Assembly (NCBI GenBank): GCA_030390025.1
Contig: JASTWF010000035.1
Span: 4,030,001-4,094,000, forward strand
DNA: 64,000 nucleotides
Direction of reading: 5' to 3'
From: Squalus acanthias
Lineage: Eukaryota
Shown: positions 42,598-50,956 of the stretch, piece after piece
Layout of the letters: every line of letters begins with the position of its first letter
Numbering within the stretch: the stretch's first letter is position 1
The notes under the pieces: generated by a model
What the model was told of the DNA's origin: nothing
The model's database searches: none
What the model saw: the letters and a program-made list of their open reading frames with translations, nothing else
Program-made: the position numbers and the translations under genes

Positions 42598-44464
42598 TTA
42601 TTCATTCATGGGATGTGGGCGTCGCTGGCAAGGCCAGTATATATTGCTCATCCCTAGTTGCCCTTGAGAAGGTGGTGGTGAGCCGCCTTCTTGAACCGCT
42701 GCAGTCCGTGTGGTGATGGTACGCCCACAGTGCTGTTAGGGAGGGAGTTACAGGATTTTGACCCAGCGACAATGAAGGAACGGCGATATACTTCTTAATC
42801 AGGATGGTGTGTGACTTGGAGGGAAACTTGGAGGTGGTGCTGTTCCCATGCGCCTGCTGCCCTTGTCCTTCTAGGTGGAAGAGGTCGCGGGTTTGGGAGG
42901 TGCTGCCGAAGAAGCCTTGGCGAGTTGCTGCAGTGCATCTTGTACACACTGCAGCCATGGTACGCCGGTGGTGGAGGGAGTGAATGTTTAAGGTGGTGGA
43001 TGGGGTGCCAATCAAGCGGGCTGCTTTGTCCTGGATGGTGTTGAGCTTCTTGAGTGTTGTTGGAGCTGCACTCATCCAGGCAAGTGGAGAGTATTCCATC
43101 ACACTCCTTACTTGTGCCTTGTAGATGGTGGAAAGGCTTTGGGGAGTCAGGAGGTGAGACACTCGCCACAGAATACCCAGCCTCTGATCTGCTCTTGTAG
43201 CCACAGTATTTATGTGGCTGGTCCAGTTAAGTTTCTGGTCAATGGTGACCCCCAAGGATGTTGAAGGTGGGGGATTCAGCGATGGTAATGCCGTTGAATG
43301 TCAAGGGGCTTGTTGGAGATAGTAATTTCCTGGCACTTCTGTGGCGCGAATGTTACCTGCCACTTATCAGCCCAAGCCTGAATGACGCCTAGGTCTTGTT
43401 GCATGCGGGCATGGACTGCTTCATTATCTGAGGAGCTGTGAATGGCACTGAACACTGTGCAGTCAGCAGCGAACATCCCCATTTCTGACCTTAAGTTGGA
43501 GGGAAGGTCATTGATGAAGCAGCTGAAGATGGTTGGGCCGAGGACACTGCCCTGAGGAACTCCTGCAGCGATGTCCTGGGGCTGTGATGATTGACCTCCA
43601 ACCACCACAACCATCTTCCTTTGTGCTAGGTATGACTCCAGCCAGTGGAGAGTTTTCCCCCTGATTCCCATTGACTTCAGTTTTACTAGGGCTCCTTCAT
43701 GCCATACTCAGTCAAATGCTGCCTTGAGGTCAAGGGCAGTCACTCTCACCTCACCTCAGGAATTCAGCTCCTTTGTCCATGTTTGGACCAAGGCTGTAAT
43801 GAGGTCGGGAGCTGAGTGGTCTTGGCGGAACCCAAACTGGGCATCGGTGAGCTGGTTATTGGTGAGTAAGTGCCACTTGATAGCACTGTTGATGACACCT
43901 TCCATCACTTTGCAACACGGTGTCATAGTGGTTAGCACTGGTGCCTCACAGCGCCAGAGACCCGGGTTCGAATCTGACCTCGGGTGACTGTCTGTGTGGA
44001 GTTTGCACATTCTCCCCGTGTCTGCGTGGGTTTCCTCCGGGTGCTCCGGTTTCCTCCCACAGTCCAAAAATGTGTGGGTTAGGTTGATTTGGCTATGATA
44101 AATTGACCCTTAGTGTTAGGGGGGATTAAATATGTGGGGTTATGGGGATAGGATGGGATATGTTAGGGGGAATTAAATACGTGGGGTTACGGGGGTAGGG
44201 TGGGATATGTGTACTGTGGGGATTAAAGCAGGGACAGGGTACTGGATTTGGATGATCAGCCATGATCGTATTGAATGGCGGAGCAGGCTCGACGGGCCGA
44301 ATGGCCTACTCCTGCTCCTAGATTCTATGTTTCTATGTCTATGTTTCTATGATTGAGAGTAGACTGATGGGGCGGTAATTGGCCGGTTTGGACTTGTCCT
44401 GCTTTCTGTGGACAGGACATACCTGGGCAGTTTTCCACATTGTGGGATAGATGCCAGTGTTGTA
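42598..44464 (-). mobile_element. Family B LINE, 5'-truncated, with 3' end, interrupted by a SINE
   Basis: AGVPQGSVLGPTIFSCFINDL, near-identical to 31578-32715. Ends CATGAATGAATAA on the minus strand. Confidence 0.92.
43912..44351 (+). mobile_element. tRNA-derived V-SINE (HE1-like) with CR1-derived 3' tail
   Basis: A box TGTCATAGTGG (43921), B box GGTTCGAATC (43965), V-domain TGTGTGGAGTTTGCACATTCTCCCCGTGTCTGCGTGGGTTTCCTCCGGGTGCTCCGGTTTCCTCCCAC, and a tail matching the CR1 3' UTR with TTCTATGT repeats. Confidence 0.9.
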
Positions 44465-45124
44465 CCCTTTAATATCCCACCCAGTCTAATCCCACTCTCC
44501 CCTCACACCCTGTACCCTTTAATATCCCACCCAGTCTAATCCCACTCTCCCCTCACACCCTGTACCCTTTAATATCCCACCCAGTCTAATCCCACTCTCC
44601 CCCTCACTCCCCGCACCCTTTAATATCCCACCCAGTCTAATCCCACTCTCCCCCTCACTCCCCATACCCTTTAATATCCCACCCAGTCTAATCCCACTCT
44701 CCCCCTCACTCCCCACACCCTTTAATATCCCACCCAGTCTAATCCCACTCTCCCCCTCACTCCCCGTACCCTTTAATATCCCACCCAGTCTAATCCCACT
44801 CTCTCCCTCACTTCCCGCACCCTTTAATATCCCACCCAGTCTAATCCCACTCTCCCCCTCACTCCCCGCACCCTTTTATATCCCACCCAGTCTAATCCCA
44901 CTCTCCCCTCACACCCCGTACCCTTTAATATCCCACCCAGTCTAATTTCACTCTCCCCCTCACTCCCCGCACCCTTTAATATCCCACCCAGTCTAATTCC
45001 ATTCTCCTGCTCACTCCCCGCACCCTTTAATATCCCACCCAGTCTAATCCCACTCTCCTGCTCACTCCCCGTACCCTTTAATATCCCACCCAGTCTAATC
45101 CCACTCTCCTGCTCACTCCCCGCA
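44462..45124. repeat. 51-bp minisatellite, block 2
   Basis: About 13 units; the 17-residue periodicity of track ORFs 44519-44716 and 44824-45330 confirms the 51-bp period. Confidence 0.97.
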
Positions 45125-46571
45125 ACCTTGAAGACAGAACCAAAGTATTTGTTTAATTGCCCAGACATTTCCTTGTTCCCCATTATAGATTCTCCCGTTT
45201 CTGACTGTAAGGGACCTACATTTGTCTTCACTAATCTTTTTCTTTGTACATACTTGTAGAAGCTTTTATAATCTGCTTTTATGTTCTTTGCAAGTTTACT
45301 CTCATACTCTATTTTTCTCCTCATAATCAATCTCTTGGTCCTTTTTTGCTGAACTCTAAACTGTTCCCAATCATCAGGCTTGCTACTTTTTCTGGCAACT
45401 TTATATGACTCCTCTTTGGATCTAATACTATCCTTAAATTCTTTTGTTAGCCATGGTTGGGCTGCTTTTCCTTTTGAGTTTTTGCACCAGAAAGGAATGT
45501 ATAACTGTTACAATTCATGCATTTGTTCCTTAAATGTTAGCCATTGCCTATCCACTGTCATGCCTTTTAATGAAGCTCCCCAATCTATCATAGCCAACTC
45601 TCTCCTCATACCTTCGTAGTTTCCTTTGTTTAGATTTAGGACCCTAGTTTCGGATTGGACTTCTTCACTTTCCATCTTAATGAAGAATTCTACATGTTAT
45701 GGTCACTCTTCCCTAAAGGACCCCACACAACAAGATTATTAATTAACCCCTTCTCATTGCACAATACCCAATCTAGGATAGCCTGTTCCCTCGTTGGTTC
45801 CTCAACATACTGCTCTAAAGAACCATCTCATACACACTCCAGGAATTCATCCTCCACAGTATTATTGCTAATTTGGTTTGGCCAGTCTTTATGTAGATTA
45901 AAGTCACCCATGATTACTGTAGTACCCTTGTTACATGCATCTCTAATTTCCTGTTTGATTCCATCCCCTACATTACCACTGCTGTTTGGAGGCCTATAGA
46001 CAACTCCCACCAATGTTTTCTGCCCCTTGGTGCTTCTTAGCTCCACCCAGACTGATTCTACATTTTGATTTTCTGAGCCAATATCCTTTCTCACTATTGC
46101 TCTGATTTCATCCTTTACCAACAAGGCCACCCCACCTCCTTTTCCTTTTTGCCTGTCCATCCTAAATATCGAATATCCTTGGATATTCAGCTCCCAGCCC
46201 TGGTCACCCTGTAGCCATGTCTCCGTGATTGCAATTATATCATATCCATTTACATCTATTTGCACTGTTAATTCGTTTACCTTATTACGAATGCTTCGTG
46301 CATTCAGATACAGTGCCTTTAGATTTGTCTTTTTAACATTTTTAGACATCTTAACATTATTTTGTACTATGGCCCTATTTGTCTTATTACCATTTTTTCT
46401 TACCCGGACCCTATTTGTTAGTGCACGCCTTTGTTTGTACGCTCTGTCCCTTCCTGACACAATCTGGTTACCCTTACCCCAATCACTTTCCTGCACTGCT
46501 TCCTTGTCTTTTCTCTTTAGCATTCTAGATTTCTCTCCACCGGGACCCTCCACCCCTTATTTAGTTTAAAG
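45125..46571 (-). mobile_element. CR1 fragment: end of ORF1 and ORF2 endonuclease
   Basis: LYLNARSIRNK, IAITETWL, YRPP and GDFN. Near-identical inverted counterpart of 30121-31215. Confidence 0.92.
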
Positions 46572-46758
46572 CCCACTCTCCCCCTCACTCCCCGTACCCT
46601 TTAATATCCCACCCAGTCTAATCCCACTCTCCCTCTCACTCCCCGTACCGTTTAATACCCCACCCAGTCTAATCCCACTCTCCTGCTCACACCCCGTACC
46701 GTTTAATATCCCACCCAGTCTAATCCCACTCTCCCGCTCACTCCCCGTACCCTTTAAA
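46572..46758. repeat. 51-bp minisatellite, block 3
   Basis: About 3.7 units of the same repeat. Confidence 0.95.
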
Positions 46759-47343
46759 CATAGAAACATAGAAAGATAGGAGCAGGAGGCGGCCATTCGG
46801 CCTTTCGAGCCTGCTACGCCATTCAATATGATCATGGCTGATCCTCTATCTCAATGCCATATTCCCGCTCTCTCCCCATACCCCTTGATGCCTTTTGTGT
46901 CTAGAAATCTATCTATCTCCTTCTTAAATATATTCAGTGACTTGGCCTCCACAGCCTTCTGTGGTAGAGAATTCCACAGGTTCACCACCCTCTGAGTGAA
47001 GAAATTTCTCCTCATCTCAGTCCTAAATGTCCTACCTCGTATCCTGAGACTGTGACCCCACGTTCTAGACCGCCCAGCCAGGGGAAACATACTCCCTGCA
47101 TCCAGTCTGTCTCGCCCTGTCAGAATTTTATACATTTCAATGAGATCCCCTCTCATTCTTCTAAACTCTAGTGAATACAGACCTAGTTGACCCAATCTCT
47201 CCTCGACAGTCCTGCCATCCCAGGAATCAGTCTGGTGAACCTTCGCTGCACTCCCTCTATGGCAAGTATATCCTTTCTTATGTAAGGAGACAAAAACTGC
47301 ACACAGTACTCCAGGTGTGGTCTCACCAAGGCCCTGTATAACT
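46759..47343 (-). mobile_element. CR1 3' end, 5'-truncated
   Basis: LEFRRMRGDLIE…FFTQRVVNLWNSLP…GIKGYGERAGIWH*, followed by the 3' UTR and TTTCTATG tail. Confidence 0.92.
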
Positions 47344-47471
47344 CCCCCTCACTTCCCGCACCCTTTAATATCCCACCCAGTCTAATCCCACTCTCCCCAA
47401 ACTCCCCGCATCCTTTAATATCCCACCCAGTCTAATCCCACTCTCCCCTCACTCCCCGCACCCTTTAATAT
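47342..47471. repeat. 51-bp minisatellite, block 4
   Basis: About 2.5 units of the same repeat. Confidence 0.93.
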
Positions 47472-47682
47472 TCTTTGACTTGAATATAGCGGGTAAGATT
47501 AAGAAGTTTGCAGATGATGTTAAAATCGGCTGTGTGGTTGATACTGAAGAAGGAAGCTGTAGACTGCAGGAAGATATCAATAAATTGGTCAGGTGGGCAG
47601 AACAGTGGCAAATGGAATCCAATCTGGGGAAGTGTGAGGTAATGCATTTGGGGAGGGCTAACAAGGAAAGGGAATACACATT

Positions 47683-48422
47683 GGCCCAAAAATTAGTGCC
47701 TCTACGCGAGAGTACGCACTGTGTACTCTCGCGTATTCTGTCTCCAATTGCCGGTTTTCTGCATGCACTGCGCATGCGCTGAAAACCGGCACTTGGTGAC
47801 TCAAAAGGGGGCGGTTCCTAAGTGAACCGTGTGCGCGCTACAGGCTGCGCGCACGCAGTGCACTTAGTGCTTTGAACGCGCAGGTAAGCATGGAAGATTT
47901 TGCACATAAAGAAAGGAGGCGTAAGACCCTCTTTTAACAAGGTAAGTAGTTAATTAAGTATTATTTTGAACTTTTTTCAACAGGTATATCTTTTTTAGAG
48001 ACTTTAAAGAAAGGTAAGTTTATTTTTATAACTTTTTAAAAGACTTAAAATTTTTTCAAAAATTTAATTTTTTTTTGAAGTGGTTAATTTATTTAACTAT
48101 ACTTATTTTATTAATGTGATTTTTAAAAAAAAAATTTAATTGAGGTTTAGCTGTTCTTTTGGGGGGTATAGATTCATAGCTTTCACAGCACTTGATGTGA
48201 AAACTATGAATGAAAGATGGTGTGCTGCCATTGGCTCTAACTGAATCACGTGATCCCACAGCTCGCACGAATTAACTGCGCCTGTGGGATACGCAAGCAC
48301 TGCCCAGCTGATGTCTAGAAAATCAAGTTCGTGCGAGCTCAGAATGAAAAAGCCGGCGCGCAGTGAGAGATCGCGGGGAAGCCTTACCCCCGCACGAAGG
48401 CTCCCTCTTTAATTTCTGGGCC
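47683..48422. mobile_element. Non-autonomous TIR element (MITE), probably PIF/Harbinger group
   Basis: TIRs GGCCCAAAAATTA and TAATTTCTGGGCC (12/13 match), 3-bp ATT duplication at 47680-47682 and 48423-48425, no coding capacity. Confidence 0.85.
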
Positions 48423-48623
48423 ATTAAATGGTCGGACACTGAGTAGTGTAGAGGAACAAAGGGACCTTGGAGTGCATGTCCACAGATCCCTGAAGGTAGC
48501 AGGCCAAGTAAATAAGGTGGTTAAGAAGGCATACGGAATGCTTGCCTTTATTAGCCATGGCATAGAATACAAGATTGAGAGGTCGCACAACACCAGGTTA
48601 TAGTCCAACAGTTTTATTTTAAA

Positions 48624-48661
48624 TCACAAGCTTTCGGAGTTAAAACTCCTTCGTCGGGTGA
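48624..48661 (-). ncRNA. Minimal type I hammerhead ribozyme (left-arm copy)
   Basis: Exact reverse complement of 49461-49498. Confidence 0.7.
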
Positions 48662-49460
48662 AGTGAGGAGATACAGAATCGTCAAAGCATATATAGATAG
48701 AGAACAAAGCATGTGTAACTTACAATTGCAGACAACTGAATTCAATCATCCTGACTGTTTATCTGCCGAGGTGTGATAAAGTTAATCAGGTCAGGAAGGT
48801 ATCACATCAAAGACATAGCAAGATACAACTGAGACAATGAGGTGGAATCGCATGGGGTCGAACGTGTCAAAAGCTGCCGTCTGTATGTAAAACGATTAAC
48901 TTTAAAATTTTTACTTTTTTACTGGGAATCACATCTGTGAACAAGCCAACGACGACTCGAGTCCGGATCACGTCATGTATCGTGACATAAACCCAAGATC
49001 CCGATTGAGACCGTCTTCATGAGTGCGGAACTTGGCTATCAGTTTCTGCTCGATGATTTTGCGTTGTCGTGTTTTCCTAAGGTCGCCTTGGAGAACGCTT
49101 ACCCGCAGATCCGAGGCTGAATGTCCTTGACTGCAGTCACGATACATGACGTGATCCGGACTCGAGTCGTCGTTGGCTTGTTCACAGATGTGATTCCCAG
49201 TAAAAAAGTAAAAATTTTAAAGTTAATCGTTTTACATACAGACGGCAGCTTTTGACACGTTCGACCCCATGCGATTCCACCTCATTGTCTCAGTTGTATC
49301 TTGCTATGTCTTTGATGTGATACCTTCCTGACCTGATTAACTTTATCACACCTCGGCAGATAAACAGTCAGGATGATTGAATTCAGTTGTCTGCAATTGT
49401 AAGTTACACATGCTTTGTTCTCTATCTATATATGCTTTGACGATTCTGTATCTCCTCACT

Positions 49461-49498
49461 TCACCCGACGAAGGAGTTTTAACTCCGAAAGCTTGTGA
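49461..49498 (+). ncRNA. Minimal type I hammerhead ribozyme (right-arm copy)
   Basis: TCAC-CCGACGA-A-GGAGT(TTTA)ACTCC-GAAA-GCTT-GTGA. Stem I TCAC/GTGA, stem II, palindromic AAGCTT stem III. Core is CCGANGA rather than CUGANGA. Confidence 0.7.
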
Positions 49499-50196
49499 TT
49501 TAAAATAAAACTGTTGGACTATAACCTGGTGTTGTGCGACCTCTCAATTTTGTCCACCCCAGTCCAACACCGGCATCTCCGCATCATAGAATACAAGAGC
49601 AGGGGGGTTATGCTTCAACTGTATAAAACACTAGTTAGGCCTCAGCTAGAGTACTACATGCAGTTCTGGTCACCACATTACAGGAAAGATGTGATTGCAC
49701 TAGAGAGGGTACAGAGGAGATTTACAAGGATGTTGCCGGGAGTAGAGAATCTTAGCTATGAGGAAAGACTGGATAGGCTGGGTCTGTTTTCCTTGGAACA
49801 GAGGAGGCTGAGGGGAGACCTTATTGAGGTGTATAATATTATGAGGGGCATAGATAAAGTGGATAGAAAGGACCTATTTCCCTTAGCAGAGGGGTCAAAA
49901 ACCAGGGTGCACAGATTTAAGTAAATTGGTGGAAGGTCTAGAGGGGATTTGAGGGGAAATTTCTTCACCCAGAGGGTTGTGGGGGTCTGGAACTCACTGC
50001 CTGAAAGGGTGGTAGAGGCAGGAACCCTAACCACATTTAAAAAGTACTTGGATGTGCTCTTGGGATGCTGTAACCTGCAGGGCTACGGACCAAGAGCTGG
50101 GAAGTGGGATTAGGCTGGATAGCTCTTTGTTGGCCGGCGCGGACACGATGGGCTGAAATGGCCTCCTTCCGCGCTGTCACTTTCTATGATTCTATG

Positions 50197-50538
50197 ATCC
50201 CACCCAGTCTAATCCCACTCTCCCCCTCACTCCCCGTACCCTTTAATATCCCACCCAGTCTAATCCCACTCTCCTCCTCACTCCCCGTACCCTTTAATAT
50301 CCCACCCAGTCTAATCCCACTCTCCCCCTCACTCCCCGCACCCTTTAATATCCCACCCAGTCTAATCCCACTCTCCCCCTCACTCCCCGCACCCTTTAAT
50401 ATCCCACCCAGTCTAATCCCACTCTCCCCTCACTCCCCGTACCCTTTAATATCCCACCCAGTCTAATCCCACTCTCCCCTCACTCCCCGCACCCTTTAAT
50501 ATCCCACCCAGTCTAATCCCACTCTCCCGCTTAATATT
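50197..50538. repeat. 51-bp minisatellite, block 5
   Basis: About 6.5 units that merge into an old CR1 on the right. Confidence 0.96.
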
Positions 50539-50790
50539 CCAGTTTTTCAAATAACTCGCCCCCATTTGAGAGAGTTCCTGGACTTTGATTCAACCACAGT
50601 TTGTAGCAGAGCATTCCACATTCTAACACCCTCCGTGTTTAGAAAGATTCCCTGACCTCCCCTTTAAGTCTTGTTGTGAATATCTGAAATTTGTGGCCTT
50701 GTGTTTCTGTTTGTATGATCAGTGGAAACAATCTCACTATCTCATAATTTGGAGGACTTTTAGCAAATCATCCTTTAACCTTCTAACAGG
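50521..50790 (-). mobile_element. Old, degenerate CR1 ORF2 C-terminus
   Basis: Broken minus-strand translation RRLKDDLLKVLQIM…RLFPL…TQGHKFQI…VRMWNAL…YLKNWNIK…AGEWD*. Confidence 0.75.
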
Positions 50791-50956
50791 AGTCAACAGG
50801 AACTGAGTATTGCAAAATGTACCAGTTTGAAGTAAATAGATGGTAAATTTTAAGCAAAATGATGGGACAGCTGAGACCCCTTGCCAGCAATTAAAGGCAT
50901 CCTGCAATTCTTAAAGGGTCGGCATTCCCACTGCCAACACAATATTACCTTCTGTA

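Larger units (their letters stand above)
48574..49584. mobile_element. Penelope-like element insertion with inverted pLTRs
   Basis: 413-bp inverted arms (48574-48986 and 49136-49548). The minus strand from 49135 reads GHSASDLRVSVLQG…RKIIEQKLIAKFRTHEDGLNRDLGFMSRY, the C-terminus of a PLE GIY-YIG endonuclease. TSD CATAGAATACAAGA at 48561 and 49585. Confidence 0.9.
47472..50197 (+). mobile_element. CR1 3' portion hosting two nested insertions
   Basis: KFADD…KEREYT | LNG…GIEYK | SRGVMLQLYKTLVRPQLEY…LQGYGPRAGKWD*. The sequence is continuous once 47683-48422 and 48575-49584 are removed. Tail TTCTATGATTCTATGA. Confidence 0.92.

Noticed and set aside
43912..43985. tRNA gene
   Set aside because: It is the head of a SINE: degenerate A box, followed directly by a V-domain and LINE tail.
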